This document shows positions 34,301 to 45,820 of a stretch of 64,000 bases of DNA, one piece after another (the first letter of the stretch is position 1; every line of letters begins with the position of its first letter). Below the pieces are notes generated by a model, which saw only the letters and a program-made list of their open reading frames with translations, made no database searches and was not told the DNA's origin. This stretch comes from Eledone cirrhosa (Eukaryota), in NCBI GenBank assembly GCA_964016885.1, contig OZ024748.1:46686001-46750000 (forward strand), read 5' to 3'. Made by a program: the position numbers and the translations under genes.

Positions 34301-35555
34301 TCCCAATGCTGACTACACTGCTCTAACACCTCCCAATACTGACTACACTGCTCTAACCACACAATCCTGACTACACTGCTCTAACACCTCCCAATCCAGA
34401 CTACACTGCTCTAACCACACACAATCCTGACTACACTGCTCTAACACCTCCCAATACTGACTACACTGCTCTTTCTAACACCTCCCAATCCTGACTACAC
34501 TGCTCTAACACCTCCCAATCCTGACTACACTGCTCTAACACCTCCCAATACTGACTACACTGCTCTAACACCTCCCAATCCTGACTACACTGCTCTAACA
34601 CCTCCCAATCCTGACTACACTGCTCTAACACCTCCCAATCCTGACTACACTGCTCTAACACCTCCCAATCCTGACTACACTGCTCTAACACCTCCCAATC
34701 CTGACTACACTGCTCTAACACCTCCCAATCCTGACTACACTGCTCTAACCACACAATCCTGACTACACTGCTCTAACACCTCCCAATCCTGACTACACTG
34801 CTCTAACACCTCCCAATCCTGACTACACTGCTCTAACACCTCCCAATCCTGACTACACTGCTCTAACACCTCCCAATCCTGACTACACTGCTCTAACACT
34901 TCCCAATACTGACTACACTGCTCTAACCACACAATCCTGACTACACTGCTCTAACACCTCCCAATCCAGACTACACTGCTCTAACCACACACAATCCTGA
35001 CTACACTGCTCTAACACCTCCCAATACTGACTACACTGCTCTTTCTAACACCTCCCAATCCTGACTACACTGCTCTAACACCTCCCAATCCTGACTACAC
35101 TGCTCTAACACCTCCCAATACTGACTACACTGCTCTAACACCTCCCAATCCTGACTACACTGCTCTAACACCTCCCAATCCTGACTACACTGCTCTAACA
35201 CCTCCAATCCTGACTACACTGCTCTAACCACACAATCCTGACTACACTGCTCTAACACCTCCCAATCCTGACTACACTGCTCTAACCACACAATCCTGAC
35301 TACACTGCTCTAACACCTCCCAATCCTGACTACACTGCTCTAACACCTCCCAATCCTGACTACACTGCTCTAACCACACAATCCTGACTACACTGCTCTA
35401 ACCACACAATCCTGACTACACTGCTCTAACACCTCCCAATCCTGACTACACTGCTCTAACCACACAATCCTGACTACACTGCTCTAACACCTCCCAATCC
35501 TGACTACACTGCTCTAACACCTCCCAATCCTGACTACACTGCTCTTTCTAACACC
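10379..35555. repeat. Minisatellite array 2 (~25 kb), same 30/28-bp unit, with higher-order blocks
   Basis: Continuous tandem repetition with the same terminal junction as array 1. Confidence 0.98.
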
Positions 35556-36169
35556 ATACAATAAAATAAAATGAAATGTTTCAAATCAACTTGAAAATAT
35601 AATTTATAGAAAATTTTATTTAAATAATTTCTGATTATTTGCCTTTAAAGACTAAAGAAAATTATTATTATTATCTTTAGTACACATGAAATGTATAATT
35701 ATATTGATAATAAGGGCAGTCCCGTAGAGCATCAGGCACCATGCTTTGCAGCATAGACTTACGGCCCTTTATTATCTGAGTTCAAATCTCGCCGAAATTA
35801 TCTCTGCCTTTCATCCTTACGGGGTCGATAAAATAAAGTACCAGTAATGCACTGGTATTAATTGCTGGCCCTGTGCCAAATGTAGATACAATTATTATAC
35901 ATGAAATTATTCCTCTTTATCTACACACACAAAATGTTGTAAATATAACTCAATATAGATTTTCCATAAATTGATCACAGATTTTTGAAAAGCTGGGCAC
36001 GTGATAACAATACAAACTGTTGCACTTTTCTAATATATATTTGTGTTTATGTGTGTGTGTTGGTGGTTATGTGTGTGTATATATTTGCGTGTGAGTATGA
36101 ATTTGAGCGAGTGCGTGTGTACGTATGTTTATGTATGTGCTTGTGTACGTGCTTATATATGCGTGTGAG

Positions 36170-36205
<36 letters not shown>

Positions 36206-36603
36206 CACTCAGGTACTCTGATGAAATGTTAGCGTATGTATACAGTTATGTGTGCATCTGTATGTGAATAGTTGTGTGCTAGTCTAAGTATGTATGTATT
36301 TGCGTGTCTATTTGCGTGTAAATATAACGGTATGTTTGTGCTGTGAAATTTTGCAAGTATTAATTTCAACTCTTCTTATTAATAACTGTATTGCTTCTTT
36401 TCAGGGACTATGTTGAAAAATAAACATCATAAGGTCATTCCATGAGAGTTTCTTGGTCAGTCTATAAAGGAGCGATGCTAGAGCTGTGAAATCTTGCGTG
36501 CATTAATTTCAGTTCTTCTTACTAATGACTGCATTGTTTCTTTTCAGGGACTACGTTGAAAAATAAACCTTATCTGGTCATTCCATGAGAGTATCTTGTC
36601 AGT
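35556..36603. repeat. Array right flank, duplicate copy 2 (contains SINE ~35713-35898 and 143-bp direct repeat 36340-36606)
   Basis: Near-identical to 9102-10178. Confidence 0.95.
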
Positions 36604-36679
36604 CTAAAGACTTTTCAACCGCTCCTCGTATATAACTGTATGTATATATGTATCTATATATATATATGTATATATATAT

Positions 36680-37285
36680 GTCATGTCAGGTCACCAGTTG
36701 GTGCTACTGGTAACATGTATCCCAGTACAACCTGTCCCATGGTCGGGTCGTTGGCGACTAAACTGGCAACCCCACCAAGGTTTCTTGGTGAGGAGGGTGA
36801 CTTTGGACATCCTGCAGGACTAAAAACAAAACCTGTCAAAGGGCAAAGGAGCTCTTAATAGTCAATGGCCATACAAAATCACCGGGAGAGATGACCCCTT
36901 AGCCTTTGTCAAGGCAGAATTCTAGGAGAAGGAAAACTCTGATATAACACCTGCAACCCTGATGGTATCCAATGATGTTGACTTGTTCTTCTTTTTGGTA
37001 AATATCATCTTGGTTAAGAGAGTGGGACTGGCTTTGTGCAGTGCCTTTGCTCACTATAAAAGCTTCACGGCACAGGCATTGCTTTATATCTGGAGATCTC
37101 CCTTCACTTGTCGTCACATGGTACCATGGGCCCAGCACTATGTATCAATAATTGTAGTAGTGTTTGTACCAGAGTTTTCAAATCGGTGGCTGGACTAAAA
37201 AGTCACACTCGTAGGGGTTCGGTAGGGGTTCTCCTACATGGATATAAAGTAGTGCCGTACTCGAAAACGAGTTGGCAGCCACCAT
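36680..37285 (+). mobile_element. Internally deleted, non-autonomous RTE-clade LINE derivative
   Basis: Structured 5' UTR-like part joined directly to a C-terminal zinc-finger remnant (CSSVCTRVFKSVAGLKSHTR), a short 3' UTR and a microsatellite tail. Second copy at 55879-56425. Confidence 0.7.
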
Positions 37286-37339
37286 ATATATATATGTATG
37301 TTAACAAATGAAAAATATTCTCATAATCAAAATATATAC

Positions 37340-37399
37340 TTTATTATATATATTTCAAAGGTACTGTGTTGTTTTTTCAGTACGTCCTCATCAGACAAA
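37340..37399 (-). ncRNA. Type I hammerhead ribozyme motif
   Basis: UUUGU-CUGAUGA-stem II (GUACUG/CAGUAC)-GAAA-UAUAUA-UA-AUAAA. Confidence 0.75.
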
Positions 37400-37480
37400 T
37401 ATATGATTCGATATATGACATATCGCTACGGTCTTGATTATTCAATTCCAGTAACGGTATGTCATATATCAAATCATATA

Positions 37481-37541
37481 TTTTCCCGATGAGGACGTAC
37501 TGAAAAAACAACACAGTACCTTTTGAAATATATATAATAAA
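37481..37541 (+). ncRNA. Type I hammerhead motif, inverted partner (core CCGAUGA, U4C)
   Basis: Same fold as 37340-37399 with one core substitution and a stem I mismatch next to the core. Confidence 0.65.
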
Positions 37542-37776
37542 GTATATATTTTGATTATGAGAATATCTTTAACATTTTGAATAATATAAAAAGCTCCAGG
37601 AAAACTTTCACCTTTGAGTGCTTCTAATCTATTGTAAATTGTATTCGTTGAGTAATCAACGAACCATACTAATCTTTGATGAAATACCAATGATGGTTGG
37701 AAGATCACTGATGAAGGACTAACTTATTCATATGTAACCCATTAGCAACCACGCAGCACGTTTATTCTCATATATA

Positions 37777-37807
<31 letters not shown>

Positions 37808-37808
37808 G

Positions 37809-37865
<57 letters not shown>

Positions 37866-38021
37866 TGTGTGCGTATGTTTATGGCAGGTATGTGCTTGAA
37901 TTAGTGTAGACTGACAAATTCTTGCATGTGATTGACTGCATAAGTGTGTGTCTATGTATGTGTGTAAGTCTGTTATTGTGTGTGTTTGTGTGCATATTTA
38001 TTTATGAAGACTGTGTGGATG

Positions 38022-38059
<38 letters not shown>

Positions 38060-38186
38060 TATATATATATCCGTATGTGTGCATGTCAATTAACAGATAA
38101 TGTGAAGAGATAATATGTATGTATGTATCTGTGTGTGTGTATATATATATATATATGTGTGTGTCTGATTATGAATTATGTGTGTA

Positions 38187-38242
<56 letters not shown>

Positions 38243-38262
38243 TGTGTCTGAATATGTGTGTA

Positions 38263-38326
<64 letters not shown>

Positions 38327-38359
38327 CGTGTGTCTGAATATGTGTGTATGTGTGTGTCT

Positions 38360-38689
38360 GGGGATGTTTATTAGTAGCGACTGTGTAACAATTATGTTTC
38401 CGATAGATTTAGTTAAGAACAATTATTGTTGCTAATAACATATGACATCTTGCTACTTACAATTACAGACGATTCTAGCTGAGATCATTTATTATGTATT
38501 GTATATAGTGACATCTATACATAAATACATAAATACACACAAACGCACTTACACACACACATAAATATACACACATATAAATATTTATATATATATATAT
38601 ACATATATAGATAAATACACACACATAGATATTTACATATATATATATATGTATTTACATATAAATATATATGTAATATATTATAGAGA

Positions 38690-38766
<77 letters not shown>

Positions 38767-39380
38767 GTCTGTGTGTGTGTATATATATGCATGTACACAT
38801 TATATGTATGTATATATAATACAATATGTTGAAAAGGTAACACACCAGAGAGAGATATACAGTGCAAAAAACAAGGAAAAAAACCACCAGTGTATGGAAT
38901 CGATAACCTATGAAAGGCAGACTATAGACACGATAATTAAAAATATAAATTAAAGCGTAAATAAATACCTCTATAACTATATAACACACGTACACATCCA
39001 AAGAGATCTATTTCGCCAGTAAGTTGTTGACAGAAATGGAGTAACCCGGTTCCTCAGCGTGTGTAAGGCTATACATTTCAGACAACACTAAGAGAATTTC
39101 AAAAGTGGACTGTCCAGCTACACGTGGGAGAGAGAAGTCACAGCGTGTTAAGGGCAGTGAACCAGTGGCCTCTGAGGGACGAGCTGCTAGAAAGGGCAGC
39201 CCAAAACCACTCAGAGAAGTGTGCTCAACCAAACAGAGAGATAGGAAAGACTGTTATAAGGAGCGAAATATCACGATAAATTAACGGAGCCATAGACCCT
39301 CGCCATTCCCTGGGGATGTTTAATAGTAGCGACTGTGTTGAGGGAATGGCGAGGGTCTATGGCTCCGTTAATTTATCGTG
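38360..39380 (-). mobile_element. Hammerhead-bearing pLTR/retrozyme-like unit with terminal direct repeat and 5' inversion
   Basis: 27-bp direct repeat at 38360-38386 and 39312-39338. Perfect 40-bp inverted repeat at 39272-39311 and 39341-39380. Decayed hammerhead at 38991-39065. Confidence 0.5.
38991..39065 (-). ncRNA. Decayed type I hammerhead motif
   Basis: UACACACG-CUGAGGA-(a)CCGG...CUGG(c)-GAAA-uAGAUCUc-UU-UGGAUGUGUA. Mismatches at the base of stems II and III. Confidence 0.5.
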
Positions 39381-39467
<87 letters not shown>

Positions 39468-39711
39468 GTTACACAATTCATACCTTTACTCCAGAGGCAG
39501 TTGTCAATAGACCACACAATAACACGTCTCACCACAGCATCACAGACTAAAGTAAATTTTATATTTCATGTTAAAATTAATCTCTGTGTCTCTCTCTCTC
39601 TTTCCTCATTTTCTGTCTGTCTGTCATGTCTGTATCCTTCAATCAATAATTATTTGTAGCAATGTCACAAGGTCACCAAATATGAGAAATAATAAACTAA
39701 TTATCTAGACA

Positions 39712-39795
39712 CCAGTACTCAACTGGTACTTTATATTATCGACCTCAGAAGGATATAAGTCAAAGCTGACCTTGCTGAGAATTGAACTCAGAACT
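39712..39795 (-). mobile_element. SINE fragment
   Basis: Reverse complement of the SINE B-box and core. Confidence 0.7.
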
Positions 39796-39934
39796 AAAAT
39801 ATCGTTCTGCAATACAGAAAAATACTTTTGCCCTCTGTTAAACCCATTCTTCCAATTAACCATCATATCTTTCTATCAGTAATAAGATGGAACTATTCAA
39901 CTTTTCTCCATTCATTCTTATTACAATCCTTCTT

Positions 39935-40487
39935 CTTTCAAATCCGCCCGAGGTTATCTTTGCCTTTCATCGTTACTGGCGTCGATTTAATCGACTGTCC
40001 TCTTCCCTTCACATTGCTGGCCTTGTGCCTAAAGTAGAAACAATTATTATAATTATTATTATTTACTTCGCTGTATCGGTAGAGGGTCGGACGCCATGCT
40101 TTGACGCGTTGAGTTACGGCCCTTTATGGTCTGAGTTCAAATCCCGCCGAGGTTAACTTTGCCTTTCATCCTTATGGGGTCGATAAAATAAAGTACCAGT
40201 AATATACTGTGGTAATTGCTGGTCCTGTGCCAAAAGTAGAAACAATTATTATTATTTACTTCATAGGGTGGTTGAATGGGTGAATCGGTAGATCGTCGAA
40301 AAATATGCTTTGTTGCATAGAGTTAGGGCTTTCTACGTTCTGATTTCAAATCCCGCCGAGGTTAGGTTTGCTTTTCATTCTTACAGGGTGAATAAGATAA
40401 AGTACCAGTAAGGCATTGCGGTCGATCTAATCGATGTTCCCCTCGACCCATACTTTTTGGCCTTGTGGCTAAATCAGAAACCATTAT
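39935..40487 (+). mobile_element. Three tandem SINE copies (~39935-40060, 40070-40255, 40266-40487)
   Basis: Repeated TTCAAATCC.GCCGAGGTT..TTTGCCTTTCATC core with ATT tails. Confidence 0.85.
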
Positions 40488-40877
40488 CACCCTCAAAATG
40501 GTTATAATTTACCAGGATAGCTGGACAGATGAAACCCTCATCATGCAAATGTTTTGACACGTAACCTTTTATATAACCTACCACCACATGTTCCTCTGCA
40601 CCACTTTTCATATTCCTACAACACTGGTACACGGCAATAATGTTTAGCTACTTATTTATTGTTCGTTATAAACTGTTATATATTTAATGCACATATGGTA
40701 TGGTTACGGTCCCGTAACTCCTGATAGAGTCGTAGTGGCACTGGGTTGACATACGGCGTTTCTTGGGTATTTAAAGCCTGGAGGTGCCCATCGCTCACCA
40801 CGTGTGATTACAGCAGATGTCTTCCAGAGAAAGATAAAAAGTGAGAGAAAGGAAATGAGAAGGAGATATAGAGGAAG

Positions 40878-41035
40878 AATCGACCCCAGTCCTAGATTGG
40901 TACTTTATTTATCGATCTTAAAGGATAAAAGGCAAAGTTGACCTCGGTAGGATTTGAACTCAAAGAGAAGAGAGCCGCAACAAATACCTTAAAGCATTCT
41001 ATCCAAAGTTCTAACGAATCTGCCAATTCGCTGCC
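40878..41035 (-). mobile_element. SINE
   Basis: AGGCAAAGTTGACCTCGGTAGGATTTGAACTC is the reverse complement of the core and B-box. Confidence 0.8.
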
Positions 41036-41602
41036 TATAATGCACACAATCTTTGATGTTTCAGTAACGTGATTCGTTCACTTCATGCCCTAGACGACTC
41101 CCTAGTTGTCGTTAATGGTAGACCTTCTCCTGACTATATAAGCATCATTAAGACTAAATATCTTTGGGATTAGTTTCAGTCATATTCTTTAAGATATTAA
41201 AAACAACGTGTTGACGTTCAAGGTTTAAACTAGTAACCTTTCTGCAGATCATACACGATCGTCTTGCTTCAATCATCTGTAATTTTAAACAGATCGATAC
41301 TGATTTATCAGAGAAAATTTGAAGAATTCCTCAAAGTTATCAAGAAAGAATAACTCTTTTTTTTTCAATCAGTTTCGATTTCATTATTTGTTCATCAAAC
41401 AGAACATTATCGATGCTAAAGAGGCGATAAAATCAAATTTATTACGGCTAAATGAAGAATTTAATTTAATAAATCTTCATTAAAGTATTATGTTTAAAAA
41501 AAATGCACAACACATTTTGAAAACATAATTGTAGAGAAATAATTATTATGTATCTCCCAAATGAGCTATTTATTAATGAAATCGATTCTCTTAAGTAATT
41601 TA

Positions 41603-41697
41603 CAAGACAAAACGAAGAAGAAGAAGAAGAAGAAGAAGAAGAAGAAGAAGAAGAAGAAGAAGAAGAAGAAGAAGAAGAAGAAGAAGAAGAAGAAGAA
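41603..41697. repeat. (GAA)n microsatellite
   Basis: Direct observation. Confidence 0.97.
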
Positions 41698-42363
41698 AAA
41701 AACGAAGAACAGCAACATCAACAATAAAAACCATATGATTGCTAGATAATGTAACTGACAAAATATTCTTTGAAAAACAACGACCATCATACCAAAAACA
41801 ACAAAAACAAACAAACATGGTTTTCAACTTAATATTATATTTCTCTTGAACACAGTAACGGAATATTTCTTTTCTTTTGTCCTAATATGGCGGACTTACG
41901 TATTGTATGTTTTCTTTTATCATATCTGTTTTGAATTTGTTTTATAAGTTTGTATTATTGTAATTTAGTTTATGGCTTTGATGAAGTGTTATCACAAAAA
42001 TTATTCCACTTTAATATCGCGAAATCTGCTTTTCCATTGTGTTCCCACAATAGAAGATTCTTGACGAATTACCATATAAAGTTAAAGAAAAAATATGGAA
42101 AAATACGGAAAGAATTGAAAGATTCGCCAGTTCCACCTTTTCCCCCCAACCTTTTTTCTTTTTCTTAAATTTATTGAACAAAGCAGTACAGTCTACATTA
42201 TATTCTCAAATAAGATTACACTAAACTTATATGACTGTCAAGCAATTGTGAAAATCAATTTATCGGTCAATCAATGATGCTATTGATTGATTAGATTGCT
42301 GTTGTTCAGTCGTAACACTGTGAAAAATGTCTTCAGGTTTTTCAATTGAAAAGTCACTCCACA

Positions 42364-42980
42364 GAGAAAGAAAAAAGACAAGTAAAACAACAAAAAGAAG
42401 GACACAGAGAAAAGAAAGGAAAGAAAGATTAACAAAGACACAAACGAAAAGGACACAAAGAAAAAAGAAAAGAAAGAACAGAAGAATAGAAACGAAAAAG
42501 AATTTTAAAAAAACAGAAAGGAAGAAAAAAGAAAAGGATAGTAAGAAAAAAGTAAAGAAAGAGAAAGAAAGAAAGAGAAAGAAAGAAAGAGAACGAAAGA
42601 AAGAGAAAGAAAGAAAGAAAAGAAAAAGAAAGAAATGAAAGAGAGGAACCAAAGGGACAGAAAGGGGAAACCAAAAGAAGGATGAAAATAAAATAAAAAG
42701 AAAGAAACAAAGAAAGAAAAGAAAAAGAAAGAAACAGAAAGGAAGAGAAAGAAAAAAAGAAAAAAGAAAGAAAAGGACAGAAACCAAAAGGAGGACAGAG
42801 AGAGAGGAAAAGAAAAAAGGACAAAGAAAAAAGAATAATAAATGAGAGAAGACAGAATTGAAAGAGAAATATAAAACATCGTTCTATCAAGATGGGAGTA
42901 AAATGACAAGAAAGAGAGTGAGAAAGAGAAGGAAAGATAGAAATAAAAACAAAAAGAAACACAAGAATAGTAAAGTAAGT
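42364..42980. repeat. Purine-rich (A/G) low-complexity tract
   Basis: Almost entirely A and G. It explains the poly-K/F pseudo-ORFs. Confidence 0.9.
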
Positions 42981-43444
42981 AAAACCACCTTGGAGTAAGT
43001 GCATAAGAAGAGTTGCATTTTATTGTCGATCTGTGGTTGGTATTAGTCACCATATCTTGATAACATCCCTAAAATAGACCTTTTCTTTGTAATTGGATAA
43101 TAGTGAAGAGTTTCATTGTTGGGGCCACAATCAATATCTCCCAAATTCTTTTTTTTATTATTCTTTTCTTTCTTTTCCTTCTCTTTACAAGTGACCATAT
43201 GTCTAGATCAGTGTTGGCCATGTCCCTTAGAATTCATTCATCTTGACAGTCTTTCATGCGGCCAAGTCAAGCTACCAAGAAATCTAACTTAAGTACTTGT
43301 TAATCAAAACTTCGTCGTGAATAAAATCACTATGCATTACTTATTCTCTTTCATTTTCTTACTCGTTCTCTCTTTCCCTCTAATCCTTTCTCTCTTTCTC
43401 TCCCTTACTGTCTCTCTGCGACTCTGTCTCTTTGCATACCTCTT

Positions 43445-43475
<31 letters not shown>

Positions 43476-43599
43476 CTCTCTCTCCGACTCTGGATCAGTC
43501 TGCGACACTGTTTCTTTGTCTCAATATCTTTCTCACAATATCTATCTTTATATTTTCCGTCCTTTTCCCACCCTCCTCTCTCTCTCTTTCTCGCACATT

Positions 43600-44160
43600 C
43601 TCCTATTTTCTATCTCTCTCCACACACACACACACACTCTCTCCCTTTTCTCTCTCTCACACAGACAGACACACACACATACACACACACTATCCCTGTT
43701 CTCTCTCTCACACACACACACACACACATACACACCCACGCGGTCCCTCCCTTTTCTCTCTCTCTCACACACAGACAAACACACACACAAACACTCTCCA
43801 TTTTCTCTCTCACACACAGACAGACACACACACTCTCCCTTTTCTCTCTCTCACACACACAGAAAGACACACACACACACACACAAACACTCTCCCTTTT
43901 CTCTCTCACACACAGACAGACACACACACACACTCCCTTTTCTCTCTCTCACACTCACAGAAAGACACACTCACACACACACAAACACTCTCCCTTTTCT
44001 CTCTCACACACAGACACACACACACACACACTCCCTTTTCTCTCTCTCACACTCACAGAAAGACACACACACACACACACACAAACACTCTCCCTTTTCT
44101 TTTCTTACACACAGACAGACACACACACACACCCTTTTCTCTCTCTCACACACACAGAAA

Positions 44161-44226
<66 letters not shown>

Positions 44227-44240
44227 TCCTTTTTTCTCTA
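43600..44240. repeat. Compound (CA)n/(CT)n minisatellite
   Basis: Recurring CACTCTCCCTTTTCTCTCTCACACACAGA(C/AAG)AC blocks. Confidence 0.9.
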
Positions 44241-44869
44241 TGTCTCAATCTGTCGCTATGTCTATCAACAATACAACGACAACGTGTATTTAACATGAAG
44301 TTCAGATATGAAATACGTTGAGAGAAAGTCTCCCACTCTGTCCACCTTCTTCCCTCCCACCAATCAACCAACAACTGACACCATTAACAATGGCCATCAA
44401 TGGAAGGCGAAGAAAAAGAGCTGAGAATTAATAGAGATATTTCTGGAACTTATAGCGAATAATGTATAATTTTCTACATTACTACTGCCACTACTACTAC
44501 TACTGCAACTACTAGTGCTGCTGCAACTACTGTATCACAAGTATAACATAATCTAAAGGGATATATCTCATGCACAATGCACAATGACCAAATAAAGGAA
44601 AGAGATAAAAACAGTTATTATCAACTGGACAGGCTGCTAGTCTACAAAAGTATGCATTCACTCATATATAAGTAAAATGAAGTATTTTCATAACTCAGGG
44701 CTGATCTGAACTTTACCGTACACAAATATACATATCCATACACAGACACGTATATGTACACATATACACATATTACCCTGTACACATGCACGCACAGGCT
44801 CATATATGTAACGAGGTAAATTGGCAACAATTCTGAAGTCAGAGCTGACCCTCGTATGTGAGTGTATAT

Positions 44870-44953
<84 letters not shown>

Positions 44954-44957
<4 letters not shown>

Positions 44958-45776
44958 TTAGCGAGAATCGCATTTCGGCGGGTAGAAATTAGCGAAACGC
45001 AACTTCCATATTGTGCAGACAACCGCTCCATGGATATGAAGAAGAAGATATCAGAGCTATAAACATAAGTTAAAATGGTCATACCCCCTGAGACGATGGT
45101 TAAGAAGCCATTAACCACCTTAGCCAAAGAAGCGAACAAGCTAAGCGGGTCAAACAAAATGAGATATGATTGAAATAGTTATCCGGACCCTCGGGGAAGA
45201 TGGAATACTCCGAAATTGGGTTTCTGCAACACCTCAATCAATAATACTGTCTGCTTATAAAAAATAAGCTTTTGGTATAATGATCGAATAAGGCATCGCT
45301 TTATCAACAGGCTTTTGTTTGTTGTGCGCCAGAGTCTCACGGGTTATGAAAGCACATGTGAGGTTCTAAGGGGAGAAAACCCCTATTTTGGCCAGTGAAT
45401 TCAGCATTTTTAGTTATTGCAAACATTTGCAAAAACCGCACAAAATGAATTAAGCTCTCGACCGAGTTGTTTTTAAAATAAAGTTAAGGGATTAATCAGT
45501 CAATAGAATTAACTAACCCCCCCCCCCCCAAAAAAAAATTAACTGGTTAATCGCTTGACTTGGGAGATTAATACAAATATAAATTTAGCGAGAATCGCAT
45601 TTCGGTGGGTAGAAATGAGCGAAACGCAACTTCCGTATTGTGCAGACAAGCGCCCCATGGATATGAAGAAGATACCAGAGCTATAAACATAAGTTAAAAT
45701 GGTCATACACGCTGAGACGACGGTTAAGAAGCCATTAACCACCTCAGCCAAAAAAGCGAACACGCTAAACGGGTCA

Positions 45777-45781
<5 letters not shown>
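44954..45781 (+). mobile_element. Structured ~627-nt tandem unit (1.3 copies), group II intron-like; copy A
   Basis: 44954 repeats at 45581 (period 627). Flanked by (TA)n. Homologous to 45817-46750 (-) and 58531-59026 (+). Confidence 0.8.
45332..45386 (+). ncRNA. Group II intron-like domain V plus short domain VI ending in AU
   Basis: GAGUCUCAC-GGGUU-AUGAA-AGCAC-AU-GUGAGGUUC-ua-AGGGG-agaaaa-CCCCU-AU. It has a 9-bp lower helix with AG(U) triad and G.U pair, a 2-nt AY bulge and a GGUUC end. Confidence 0.6.

Positions 45782-45816
<35 letters not shown>

Positions 45817-45820
<4 letters not shown>

Larger units (their letters stand above)
37315..37566. repeat. ~115-bp inverted repeat with 21-bp spacer (Penelope-type inverted pLTR fragment)
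   Basis: 37315-37429 is the reverse complement of 37451-37566 with few mismatches. Confidence 0.9.

Noticed and set aside
125-34932. Minus-strand (EQCSQDWEVL)n ORFs up to 665 aa
   Set aside because: Products of the 30-bp periodicity. They start at non-ATG codons, are broken by 28-bp units and TGA variants, and have no unique sequence.
1-35555. CRISPR-like appearance (constant ~21 bp plus variable ~9 bp)
   Set aside because: The variable part is a few recurring variants of one sequence, not unique spacers. There are no cas genes and the context is eukaryotic.
40710-40790. Twister-like ribozyme (UAACUCC...GGAG)
   Set aside because: It lacks the conserved loop-4 motif and the pseudoknot pairings.
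42260-44374. Long poly-F/K and THTH ORFs
   Set aside because: Translations of low-complexity and microsatellite DNA.
44805-44857. Possible mariner TIR end (reverse complement TACGAGGGTC)
   Set aside because: Too short, with no partner TIR or transposase remnant to support it.
45324-45328. GTGCG just upstream of the domain V-like hairpin as the intron 5' end
   Set aside because: Not conserved in copies B or C, and in the wrong position for a standard intron.
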